A stretch of 63,205 nt of DNA, counting the filler. It is 5 parts of 5 records of this genome, joined end to end, with 100 filler letters (N's around TTAATTAATTAA, not from the genome) between each part and the next. Parts side by side here need not be neighbours in the genome. Positions count along the whole stretch, not along the records: positions 9,886 to 15,281 come from SRR2962707_1782; positions 15,382 to 36,430 come from SRR2962707_1784; 3 more parts are not named here. One strand, 5' to 3'. The translations under genes were made by a program, and so were the position numbers. Under the pieces are notes generated by a model that made no database searches, was not told the origin of the DNA, and was given only the letters and a program-made list of their open reading frames with translations. Of the stretch, positions 13,101 to 22,492 are shown in pieces (position 1 is the first letter of the stretch; each line of letters opens with the position of its first letter).

Positions 13101-15132
13101 AGCCACTGTTTGCCTGTGTTTGGTGTTCTTTGCTTTCGCCGTCAGCTTTGACCTCGTCGGCCTGACTTTGTATTGAAAAAACACCATGTTCATCTAGACT
13201 CAAAGAGCCACGTTTAACGGATGGTGGCGACGAGGCAGCTTCTTCGAGCATTTGACGCATGTCCCGAAGTTGAAGGAAGTACGCTTGACACCCAGCCCTA
13301 TCCTCTGCCACTATGTGACCCCAGGCTGACTTGAATGCCCCGACCGGAGCCGCTCCGACACGTACCTGGCAACAAAGTTTAGCCATTCGCAGAGAAGTTA
13401 CATGCCGCGAGCATCAATCACCAATAGTCGGAACTCACAGATGCCAAACACACCACTTTCAAGAGTTTTTCCATCGCTGACACTGCCGGGTCGTCGTCGA
13501 TAATCGGTGCGGCCGTTGCGGCTGATACCTTAGCAGACATGCGAGCTGATGCGCGGCGGCTTGCGGCAAGTTTGGATTTCGCTGCTAGGGTGGCAGCATC
13601 CACCGACTTCAGCTCTTCCAGCCGTTCGCGCAGTGCGCTGCGGAAAGCCGCTGCATCAAGACAACAACGAGATGTGTGAACAAAGTGACCAAATTGCGCA
13701 GCACAAAGCCTAGGCAATTCAAGTGCAAGAGAGGTTGCTCTCACCTTCTAGCTCCACCACCCGCAGACGCAGGCGATGTCGCATGTTCTCATCACATCCC
13801 GCACTTGCTGGATCAAGAGCAAGTGCGCGGTCTTGTCTTGATGCTTCAAGAGCCAGCTGCGCCACTGGATCTGCAGCGTTGTTTTTAGATGTGCTCGCTT
13901 TGGAAAGCGTTCCAAGTGATGGTTTAACAAGCGCCTGCAGCGCCGGATGCGCGACTAGCGGCTTGAACAGGCGGGCTGCAGTGTGCAATTGGCGTTCTTC
14001 GGCATCACGTGCAGCTGCGACACAGTCCTGAACTGCGCGTAAAACATGCTGAAGCGTGTCACTGACCGATACGCCGTGTTCAGACTGCTGCTTTGTTGTT
14101 GCGTTTTTGGGTTGAGAAACTACAGCACTGTTGTCGATACACCCATCAACAGTCTCAAACAAAACATCTTCGACCGTTTCAAGAAGTTCGTGCGTTGACA
14201 GAGCGGATTTGTCCAGCACTGCGGCGTACGCAGATGAAGGAAGCTCGACGGGTCGAATAGGTTCACCCTTTGAAAAGTGCCGCACTTGATGTGTGGTGGC
14301 AGTGTGGTTGTCGGAGGCAGCGGTCAAAGAAATACTTTGTTGCTGCTTGCTCTCCCGCAGTCGTGCAGCGTCAAGCTGGGCCCATAAATCACGAATTGCG
14401 GCGTCTTTCTCGTCCAGAAGGGCCCGATTCCGTTTCACCTCGGACACTAGCACGCGTTTTTCGTGGCGGTGCACATCCTCCGCCTCTTTCAACGTTTGCT
14501 CGGCAATTTTGAGACGAAGTGCAGTAAGGTCCATCGCCATGGATCGCCGTGCCATCTTTTTACCCCTACAGCAAAACAATACGCACAGGACACACGAAAC
14601 ACAATGGAATGAACGGAGACGGGTCAAACAACAGCCGAGGAACAAGACAACCACAACAAGACGATGGAACCAGATAAGTGAATCAACCAAGACGGGACGC
14701 AATCACACGGCGTGAAGGCAGCGAGTTGCGAACCCCGTGCGCAGAATGAAATGATGGCATGAATAAGCCACCACATAAACCAGTCGAACCACATGCAATC
14801 ATGAATGTCGAAGAACGAGACACCCGACTACACGACGCCAAAGCACTGGACGAGCAACGAATGAAGAGCGCTCAGCGAATGCTGTGACAACAGACAGGGC
14901 AACCGAGAGACTTACGGCTGCACAACAACCCCGAGCGGCTTGTCCCACGTCGTTTCCATGGTGCGGTGGTTGTAGAAGTACGTGTCTCCTGACTCATCGT
15001 CCACGAAGGGCTCCCAGTCAGACGGGTCGCCACCTTCCGCAGCAGCAGCAGGAGGAGGAGCAACCCCAACGAGAGCTGAAGAGGCTCCGCCGCCACTAGC
15101 GGCGGACATTTTCTTGGTCCTTGGCTTTGGAG
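10155..15132 (-). CDS. WW domain - coiled coil - RelA/SpoT-like (small alarmone synthetase-like) nucleotidyltransferase - leucine-rich repeat protein; spliced, probably 5'-truncated
   Basis: Exons 15132-14916, 14565-13745, 13650-13454, 13365-12944, 12847-12736, 12636-12545, 12464-12387, 12303-12148, 12057-11556, 11469-11278, 11192-10750, 10654-10569, 10479-10327, 10228-10155 join with consistent phases. Motifs: WW (WEPFVDDESGDTYFYNHRTMETTWDKP); LKRLERVVEQ, IRDVVRGRVV, GGWRDVLV, HICELQIVH; plant-type LRRs (LxLxxNxLTGxIP); end LPNCQHFRL*. Confidence 0.75.
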
Positions 15133-15258
15133 CTGCAACGTGGTTCAATGACTCTCACTCACGCACAAAGCAAACAACAGCTGCAAAAAAAAAATAATAA
15201 TGCCCGTGAAAACAGTGAGCCGCAACGATACAAAAGCAACAACTTCGTTGGAGCAGCA

Positions 15259-15281
15259 GTGAGTGAGTGAGTGAGTGAGTG
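15259..15281. repeat. (GTGA)n microsatellite at the contig end
   Basis: Tandem GTGA units ending at the linker. Confidence 0.8.
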
Positions 15282-15381
15282 NNNNNNNNNNNNNNNNNNN
15301 NNNNNNNNNNNNNNNNNNNNNNNNNTTAATTAATTAANNNNNNNNNNNNNNNNNNNNNNNNNNNNNNNNNNNNNNNNNNNN
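15282..15381. other. Artificial contig linker
   Basis: 44 N + TTAATTAATTAA + 44 N. Confidence 0.98.
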
Positions 15382-15508
15382 TTTCATCGTCAGATTCCCG
15401 TCGTGCCTCCGGTTAGGCAAGACTCAACCTGTGTTTTCGATGAGGTAGGATTTTAAAGGGAAGTGCCCCCTTAGTCCGAAAGCTTCGCTTAGCATTCCTT
15501 AGGTTTAC

Positions 15509-16180
15509 CTAAATCGCCACGGGCTGATGTCGTTTAGAATAAAGAGTGTAAACAAAGGCTAAAATAAAGCAGATCGACGCTGGGATAAACAAGGCATCAA
15601 ACAGGTACAGGTTAAACAGGTAAGTGCCTAATGTGCCTCCGCAGATAAAGCCTGAAATAATCAGTAAAAAGAGTATCGATTTTCTTTTATCGAAGGTTTC
15701 CCCTCTTAGCGCGGAACCAAACATGATGCCCAAGTCGGTGAATATGCCAGTCATGTGCGTGGTTCGCACAATCGCGCCGCTGTATTTTGTGGCGAGGGCA
15801 TTTTGCACACCACAGGCGGCTGAGGCGGCGTAGCAACCGTAATAAGAACCCGCAGAAAAAAGATAGATAGCCCATAAGATCAGCACGCCTTCAATGGTCA
15901 GTGCCAAGCCATAATGGTGGCCCAGTTTCAATGTGTGGCTGTGCAGCAAAACGCCTGAGAGTGAGGCGCCAAATAAAAAAGACAACAACACACCAGCCAG
16001 GTTAGCCGTTCCTTGTAATGAGCCATCGAGAAAACTGGCCCCCAGCAAGGTGACTGTACCAGATAGGTGAGAGATGGCTTGATGATCTAGGCTAATCAGC
16101 CCTATGGCATTAATAAAACCCGCCACGAAAGCAAGAATAAACGCTCCGTATTCAATCCATTTTGGCAACCGTGAAATCAA
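15509..16180 (-). CDS. YoaK/DUF1275 family membrane protein
   Basis: LAFVAGFINA, SHLSGTVT, GVQNA, RTTHMTGIFTDLG motifs; GGAGG RBS before a TTG start. Confidence 0.85.
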   Translation of the reverse strand: MISRLPKWIEYGAFILAFVAGFINAIGLISLDHQAISHLSGTVTLLGASFLDGSLQGTANLAGVLLSFLFGASLSGVLLHSHTLKLGHHYGLALTIEGVLILWAIYLFSAGSYYGCYAASAACGVQNALATKYSGAIVRTTHMTGIFTDLGIMFGSALRGETFDKRKSILFLLIISGFICGGTLGTYLFNLYLFDALFIPASICFILAFVYTLYSKRHQPVAI

Positions 16181-16425
16181 GAGTCCTCCGAAATATAAAT
16201 ATTTAAAAGTAGATTGATTGATCTGTCTGTCTAAGCTCAGGTCGCGCTCAGCCCCTCTATCCTATTCCTTTTCGAAGAAAATCGACACGGCAATGATCAA
16301 CTCACCGGAACCTTAAACATAAAAGCGCTTTATGGCGAACATATGATATACCAAAAAATCATTTCTATTTTTACTAGAAATGTATTTAACTGATATCACG
16401 ACAATAATAAAAACAAGGACTCTCA

Positions 16426-16962
16426 ATGAAAACCATGCTCGAGCATTTATCGCAATACGCTTTTTACCACCAAGATAAACGTAATGTGGCCACACACTTT
16501 ATCGGCATCCCTATGATAGTGGTTGGTATTACCACGCTGCTATCGCGACCACACTTCTCTCTATTTGATCTCATGCTCACACCCGCCATACTCATTGCGA
16601 TCGCCAGCGGTTTATTTTACATCAAGCTCGATTTCATCATTGGCGCCATTATGTCCTTGTTACTCGCTCTGTCCGTATGGATTGCCCATTCACTGGCCGC
16701 CCAAAGCACCCAAATATGGTTGATGAGCGGCATTGCATTATTTGTGATTGGTTGGTTTTTTCAATTTATTGGTCATTATTTTGAAGGCAAAAAGCCAGCT
16801 TTTATCGACGACATAACCGGACTCATCATTGGCCCTTTGTTTGTCTTTGTCGAATTCCTCTTTGTGCTGGGACTAAAACGAGAATGGGAAGAAAAGATCA
16901 ATGTGTTTTGCAGCAAGAAAAACAAAGAAACCGCTTTATTAGCACCTCCCCAAACACACTAA
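16426..16962 (+). CDS. DUF962/Mpo1-like membrane protein
   Basis: YAFYHQDKRNVATHFIGIP and QFIGHYFEGKKPAF motifs. Confidence 0.85.
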   Translation: MKTMLEHLSQYAFYHQDKRNVATHFIGIPMIVVGITTLLSRPHFSLFDLMLTPAILIAIASGLFYIKLDFIIGAIMSLLLALSVWIAHSLAAQSTQIWLMSGIALFVIGWFFQFIGHYFEGKKPAFIDDITGLIIGPLFVFVEFLFVLGLKREWEEKINVFCSKKNKETALLAPPQTH

Positions 16963-17037
16963 AGAACATCCTTATGATAGGACTGTCTCTTTCACAAAGG
17001 GGGCTTATTGTTCCTATTAATTAGGAGCTAATTAGGT

Positions 17038-17065
17038 AAAAAAGCGACTCTTTGGTCGCTTTTTT
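17038..17065. terminator. Bidirectional intrinsic terminator
   Basis: AAAAAAGCGAC-tcttt-GGTCGCTTTTTT between convergent genes. Confidence 0.7.
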
Positions 17066-17157
17066 GTGGGTGATTTTTACGAGCCATTTTATTGACCACC
17101 TTTTGACGTGACGGCTTTGTCTTATCTATCTATTGAGTCAGTTCTATTGAGACAGCT

Positions 17158-17589
17158 CTATTGATACAGCATCTCGCGACGTGTTTTCGCCAGTACTTCT
17201 AATACTCTGTTTTGTTGAGGATAGGTAAGCCCTGCGTCTTTCATCGCCGCGACTAATAAGTCCACTGTGGTATTAAAATCCGCTTCGGTTATTTTTTGCC
17301 CTTGGTGTGAGCGCGGCATGGTGTCACCCGTGTATTGACAAGGCCCTCCCGTACTGACACAGAGGTATTCAATAAATTTTTCGCGAAATCTATCTATCTT
17401 GGTTTTAGCAAAATACGCATAAATGGTTCGGTTAAAGCTGATTTCCTCGATGAAATTATCCGTGATTTTCACCATGGTTGGCTGTCCGCCAACTTCATCG
17501 TAAAGGCTTTCTGGCGCTTTGCTCTGGTTCGCACAAGCCACTAAAAAGACACAGCATAAAAGCACTGATACTCTGATAAAACTCACCAT
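17158..17589 (-). CDS. Group I truncated hemoglobin with lipoprotein signal
   Basis: SLYDEVGG, GGPCQYTG..M..SH (proximal His), ITEADFN; lipobox FLVAC. Confidence 0.85.
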   Translation of the reverse strand: MVSFIRVSVLLCCVFLVACANQSKAPESLYDEVGGQPTMVKITDNFIEEISFNRTIYAYFAKTKIDRFREKFIEYLCVSTGGPCQYTGDTMPRSHQGQKITEADFNTTVDLLVAAMKDAGLTYPQQNRVLEVLAKTRREMLYQ

Positions 17590-18446
17590 AAATACCCCGT
17601 CATTGAGAGATAAATACCCGTTTGATTTTTTTGCGTCGCTATCGTGCCAAGGTCCACATACGCGGCTGTAATATTGACGCTTTTATTCGGGTTATAGCTG
17701 ACAAACACGTCTTTCCAATCGTCTTCTTCTACACTCGAAAGGTTATTGGGCTTTTGACGATATTCCATGCCCACCACCCATTTTGGCGAAAGCAATATAC
17801 CGACACTGCCTTCCATCATCATTTGGTAGTGATTGTTGTCGTCTCCACCGAAGCCCAATAAGCCCATTTCATTGGCCTTGGTGGCTCGTGCGGTGAGGTT
17901 CCAAACGAGATCATACCCAGCAACAAGGCCAAGATGCACTTTCGTCGCAGCAAGATAAAAGTCCGTACCCTTGTCGTCTTTGGCACCGAGATAGGTCGCT
18001 ACAGTGTCGTCGTCTAATTGCTTAAACTGCACACCGACACTGACTTGAGGGTAATCCGAATAAACCAAATCGCCATACAAACGCACCTTCGCTGCAAAAA
18101 TATCTTGCTTGATTTCCCCAACGCCTAGCGCCTTGCTTAACGAAACAGGGAGATCAAAGGTTTGCCGAGCGTAACTCAGCTCCACCCTATCGTATAAGCT
18201 GGTTGCAGCGCCTAGAGTTGATAAACGGTAATCGGTGACATCCACATTGGTGACAAAAGCAGACGCTGACGTTTCATCACGAGTGTCATAGCCCGTTAAT
18301 GTCGCCCATGGCACAAGGCCACCGCCGCCACTGCCTTCCACCTGTGTTAGACCGGCTGTTGCTAGTAGCTTGCCGTCGCCGGCCATCGCCTCCGTGCCGC
18401 TCATCATTATGCTTAGTAAGCTCAGCGCTCTGAGTGCTTTTCTCAT
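17583..18446 (-). CDS. DUF3034 family protein (predicted outer-membrane beta-barrel)
   Basis: Signal peptide, GKLLATAGLTQVEGSGGGGLVPWA, TKANEMGLLGFGG, EYRQKPNNL. Confidence 0.85.
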   Translation of the reverse strand: MRKALRALSLLSIMMSGTEAMAGDGKLLATAGLTQVEGSGGGGLVPWATLTGYDTRDETSASAFVTNVDVTDYRLSTLGAATSLYDRVELSYARQTFDLPVSLSKALGVGEIKQDIFAAKVRLYGDLVYSDYPQVSVGVQFKQLDDDTVATYLGAKDDKGTDFYLAATKVHLGLVAGYDLVWNLTARATKANEMGLLGFGGDDNNHYQMMMEGSVGILLSPKWVVGMEYRQKPNNLSSVEEDDWKDVFVSYNPNKSVNITAAYVDLGTIATQKNQTGIYLSMTGYLW

Positions 18447-18524
18447 GCTTGTCCCTCTTCACAATGGCCCTGTTATTGGTTTTGTCAGTGGCTAATAAAG
18501 AATGTCCTGACAGCCAACGAACCC

Positions 18525-19154
18525 TTAGAATTTCTTAGCAAATCCCCCAGTGTGATTGTGCGTACTAACGGTTTCTGAAGGAAAGAGATCCAGGACTATG
18601 GTCTGCTGATCTTCTTCTACCATCAGCACTTTCTGAGAATGCAATGTAGAGGCAAGGTTCTCATCCCAGATGGTGATTTCATCTCCCGCTTTGACCGGCA
18701 ATGTCGCTCTGCCTTGTTCGTCTGTTTTGACCGCGAAATGGTTATCCGCCACGTAGATATAACCAATCATGTCATCGTGAATATTACAACCAAGCACCAC
18801 TAAGCCCGCTTTATCAAACAAGAGTGGCGCCGTTGCGTTGCCTTTGTAGAGCTTAATTTCAAACGCTTTTGGCTTAGAAAAGCTGTAAACGTGATGACGA
18901 ATCTCATCGCTATTAGGAAAACTCACGCTCTGCCCTTTTTGAACCACCAAAACACGAGGGCTAAACTGGCCATATACCTGATCCATAATCGCCAAATCTG
19001 CCGGTGTGTTCACCTTGAGGCCGGGCACACTAATCACCGCATTGGGCACGGGATTATTTTGCTTATCCACCACTTGGATGGTCATATCCGCCCAAACATT
19101 TTGCACGGTGAACGCCACTAGCATCATCAAAAAACGCGTCATTATTGTCTCCAT
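18525..19154 (-). CDS. Periplasmic cupredoxin-fold protein (often annotated methylamine utilization protein)
   Basis: MDQ..QFSPRVLVV, FPNSDEIRHHVYSFS, LGCNIHDDMIGYI (His/Cys/His/Met copper ligands). Confidence 0.8.
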   Translation of the reverse strand: METIMTRFLMMLVAFTVQNVWADMTIQVVDKQNNPVPNAVISVPGLKVNTPADLAIMDQVYGQFSPRVLVVQKGQSVSFPNSDEIRHHVYSFSKPKAFEIKLYKGNATAPLLFDKAGLVVLGCNIHDDMIGYIYVADNHFAVKTDEQGRATLPVKAGDEITIWDENLASTLHSQKVLMVEEDQQTIVLDLFPSETVSTHNHTGGFAKKF

Positions 19155-19246
19155 TCTGTCACTAATTTCTCTTTAATTGTTTCGTCCTTCGCATGCTATA
19201 CTCGATGGCATTACGAGGTTCGTTAGAGGGTACTGTCCAGAGAATT

Positions 19247-19981
19247 ATGCGTGACTCTATAGAAATTATTACCTACAAAGAAACAGCCCACTCACATGTG
19301 CATCATCACACCCAGATTGTCTTACCACTACAGGGTAGCTTATTTCTTGAGGTAGAAAATTCACAACGCCTTGTGCAGGCGGGACAGGCCTGTTTGATCT
19401 CTTCCGATTACGCCCATACTCACTTGGCAAAAGGCGATAATCGCTGTTTGATTATCAACAACTTAGCCTGCTGGAATAAAGACATCAGCAGCACAGATAC
19501 GTTCATTACTTTATCGCCTCAAGCGCAAGCCTATTTGCCCTTTTTGTCGTCTTTAGCCCAGCACCAGACCAGCCAACAGACACAAGCCAACGCGTTGCAA
19601 CTCATTGAGTGTTTACTGCCAATCCCACAAGAAACGATTTACCAAGGAGACCAGCGAATAACACTCGCGAAGCAATACCTTGATGCCAATTTTCAAACCC
19701 CTTGCTCAATCAATGAACTCGCTCAGCACGTTCACCTAAGCCACAGTCAATTGACAATTTTGTTCAAACGACACCTTGGCCTAACGCCTAAGCAATACCT
19801 TTTAAAGCGTCGCCTTACGCAAGCCCAACACCTATTAGAAACCTCCAACAAAGGGCTAGAAGACATTGCTCTGGCCGTTGGTTTTCATGATGCGAGCGCC
19901 CTTAGTCGTCTCTTTACGAAGCAACTTGGCCGCTCCCCAGGGCAATACCGAGAGGCCGCTCGTGCCGCTATTTGTCGTTGA
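19247..19981 (+). CDS. AraC family regulator with cupin sensor
   Basis: HSHVHHHTQIVLPL cupin; C-terminal IALAVGFHDASALSRLF..GRSPGQYR. Confidence 0.9.
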   Translation: MRDSIEIITYKETAHSHVHHHTQIVLPLQGSLFLEVENSQRLVQAGQACLISSDYAHTHLAKGDNRCLIINNLACWNKDISSTDTFITLSPQAQAYLPFLSSLAQHQTSQQTQANALQLIECLLPIPQETIYQGDQRITLAKQYLDANFQTPCSINELAQHVHLSHSQLTILFKRHLGLTPKQYLLKRRLTQAQHLLETSNKGLEDIALAVGFHDASALSRLFTKQLGRSPGQYREAARAAICR

Positions 19982-21026
19982 TCTCTAACGCCACTTCCCA
20001 GCTTTTAATAAAGCGGCGCTGTTTCGCATAATCTCGCCCCACTAACAACTGCTGATCTAACTCAATCGCTCGCTTAGGCCCCGTTGCTTCCACAACATAA
20101 GGGGTAATCACTGGGGTGACATCAGGACGAATAGGAAACAACAAGGCTTTCGTTTGCATCATACCTTGCACTTCATCTGATAATAAAAAGTCTAAAAACA
20201 GACCCGCGTCTTCAGCATTGGCGGCTTTTTTAGGAATCAAGGCAACCCGCCTTACCATCAAGGTGTAATCCTTAGGCAAGATCATTTCAAGGCGCGAATC
20301 CTCTCGCGCCCGTTGCGACGCATAGGACCCCAACAAGTTGTAGCCAACGACCAATTTTCCGCTCGCCACGTCGTCAATTATTTCATGGGTGCAGCAATAG
20401 GTTTGTAATCTATGGCTCCCAAATGCTTCAAGTAAACGCCCCCATGTTGCGTCCGCTTGGCGAGCATCTTGGCTGGCCAGCAAATACCCCACCCCACTTT
20501 TACGAATATCGTACGTGCCGATTCTTCCCGTCATCTGCTTTTCATATTGGCGAATCGCACGCAGCAAATCTTGTCGGTCTTCCGGCAGTTTTCCGGGGAA
20601 CTGGTCTTTATTCACCAACATCACCACAGGCTCTAACGAAAAAGCAAACACCTGACTACGCCATTTAGCGTCACTCGGCAATTGCTCTGTCGCCTGTGAA
20701 CGGTAGGTCTGAACGTATCCGTCATTGACCAATTTCAGTTGTAAGTCCATGGCGCTGCTGATGACCAGACTCGCACTGGGATGGTCTTTTTCTTGTATGG
20801 TTTTTTGATAAAGCTCTAACGTATTCACATCCAAATACGACACCCGCACATCAGGATGTAAAGCCACAAAACGCTCTAGCAAGGGAGCAAAAGAGGCCAA
20901 ATCCAAAGAAGAATTAATCCGCAAAGTGCGCGTAGCCTTCAGGTCACCAAACCAAACAGGCGCCGCCATGCTAAGCGTTGACCACAAGATGCTCAGGGCA
21001 CTGAAAAGCACCAATAACGTCTTCAT
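19968..21026 (-). CDS. ABC-type (Fe3+/AfuA-like) periplasmic substrate-binding protein associated with tctDE
   Basis: Signal peptide, ISSAMDLQLKLVNDG, GYNLLGSYA, FLDFLLS; overlaps the tctE stop. Confidence 0.8.
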   Translation of the reverse strand: MKTLLVLFSALSILWSTLSMAAPVWFGDLKATRTLRINSSLDLASFAPLLERFVALHPDVRVSYLDVNTLELYQKTIQEKDHPSASLVISSAMDLQLKLVNDGYVQTYRSQATEQLPSDAKWRSQVFAFSLEPVVMLVNKDQFPGKLPEDRQDLLRAIRQYEKQMTGRIGTYDIRKSGVGYLLASQDARQADATWGRLLEAFGSHRLQTYCCTHEIIDDVASGKLVVGYNLLGSYASQRAREDSRLEMILPKDYTLMVRRVALIPKKAANAEDAGLFLDFLLSDEVQGMMQTKALLFPIRPDVTPVITPYVVEATGPKRAIELDQQLLVGRDYAKQRRFIKSWEVALEINDK

Positions 21027-22492
21027 TCGGTAACCCCCATTTGAAATTTCGCGATGTCAATTTGGAACGTGGTGCCTTTTGGGTGAGTATTTAAAATACG
21101 AATGCGCGCGCTGTGGTGATCCACTATGTCTTTGACCATCGCTAAGCCAACGCCACTGCCGGCTATGTCGTAACGACCACGATAAAAACGCTCAAATACC
21201 CGTTCCTTCTCAGCTTCAGGAATCCCTTCACCATGATCGATCACTTGAATCTGATAGTAAGCAGCAAACTCGGCGATGGTCACCACCACTTCTGTCGCTT
21301 GTTGCTCCCCTTGATTGCTGTAGCGCACGGCATTTTCGATTAAGTTCTGCATCATTTGCTGCAGCGCAAACGCATCCCCCAGCACCATGGCATGTTCCAG
21401 TTCTGTGTCTAAAGAAAGGTGCACTCCTTGATGCAAGGCCGTCACGGCCTGCTCCCGACACGATGCGGCAATCGGTAATAACAGGTCTATCGGTTCTCGG
21501 TAACGAGTTTGCATACGATGCGACACCACCGCCTGATTCAGCAGTAAAGTCACGGTCTGGCTCAAGGCATCGCACTGATTAACAATGTCTTCTAAGGCTT
21601 GGTATTGGCGTTCTGGTGACGTTTGATCACGGGCGTTTTCAGCCAAGGCGCGCAACCCAGCGAGCGGCGTCCGTAACTGATGAGCGGCGTCTGCGGTGTA
21701 ATGTTCAAGCTGCTCTAAGTTGTCTTGAAGGCGTGACATAAAGTGATTGATCGCCACTTTCAAATGGTGTGTTTCTTTGGGGGTTTTAATATCCAGCGGC
21801 GTTAAATCCCCTGGAGAACGCTCCTCCAAGACTCGCTCTATGCGCTGTAAAGGACGCAAAACCAAATGACTCCCGATGACAATCAAAGCAATCGCCACCA
21901 AGGCAATCATCAATACGATATCAACCGCACGCTGCGTCACCGCAGAAGCAAGTTCTTCCCGTGATAAACGGGTTTGGCCCAAAATAATACGCACTGTGCC
22001 AGTAGCGTCGGGTTCCGTTAAATGCCGCTCTAAAAAGGCAAAACGCACCATTTCGCCAGAATATTGGCGATTAAAAAATTGTATTTTATCGTAGGTGGTT
22101 TTTTGCGGCGGAGTCATGTCTAAATCTTTATAGCCGGTGATAAAGCCCTGCTCAGAGCTCTCAACCTTGTAAAACACCTTATCATCATTGGCTTGCGCTA
22201 ACGTGGCAAAAGCGGACCAAGGAATATCGATACTCACTTCATCGTTGATCAGACCAACGTTTTCGTCCATTTGCAGCAGAGCACTGCGCAACAAGCGATC
22301 ATAGGACAAATCCGCTAGGCGGCGGCTGTAATCAAACACAAAATTGATCGACAAGGCCGCAATAATACTGATGACTAAACAACCAATGCCGATCAGACGA
22401 AAACGTAACGAAGGCGCTCGTTTTAGCGCCTCTCGCTCTTCGTCAAGGCTGCCTTCAGTGGCTCTTGGGTGCTGTAGCGATTTCAGCCACAT
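21023..22492 (-). CDS. tctE: Sensor histidine kinase, TctE-like
   Basis: YDRLLRSA 2CSK_N region, ADAAHQLRTPL H-box, NLIENAVRY, GSGVGL; adjacent to tctD and tctABC. Confidence 0.85.
   Translation of the reverse strand: MWLKSLQHPRATEGSLDEEREALKRAPSLRFRLIGIGCLVISIIAALSINFVFDYSRRLADLSYDRLLRSALLQMDENVGLINDEVSIDIPWSAFATLAQANDDKVFYKVESSEQGFITGYKDLDMTPPQKTTYDKIQFFNRQYSGEMVRFAFLERHLTEPDATGTVRIILGQTRLSREELASAVTQRAVDIVLMIALVAIALIVIGSHLVLRPLQRIERVLEERSPGDLTPLDIKTPKETHHLKVAINHFMSRLQDNLEQLEHYTADAAHQLRTPLAGLRALAENARDQTSPERQYQALEDIVNQCDALSQTVTLLLNQAVVSHRMQTRYREPIDLLLPIAASCREQAVTALHQGVHLSLDTELEHAMVLGDAFALQQMMQNLIENAVRYSNQGEQQATEVVVTIAEFAAYYQIQVIDHGEGIPEAEKERVFERFYRGRYDIAGSGVGLAMVKDIVDHHSARIRILNTHPKGTTFQIDIAKFQMGVTE

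Noticed and set aside
4813-15132. Pseudogenes or a non-standard genetic code explaining the fragmented eukaryotic ORFs
   Set aside because: The stops I traced fall inside ordinary short introns with good donor and acceptor sites, and the spliced frames are open in the standard code.
15382-15445. Hammerhead ribozyme on the minus strand (GAAA … CTGACGA)
   Set aside because: Stem II cannot close correctly, and the CGATGA instead pairs with TCATCG as a simple stem.
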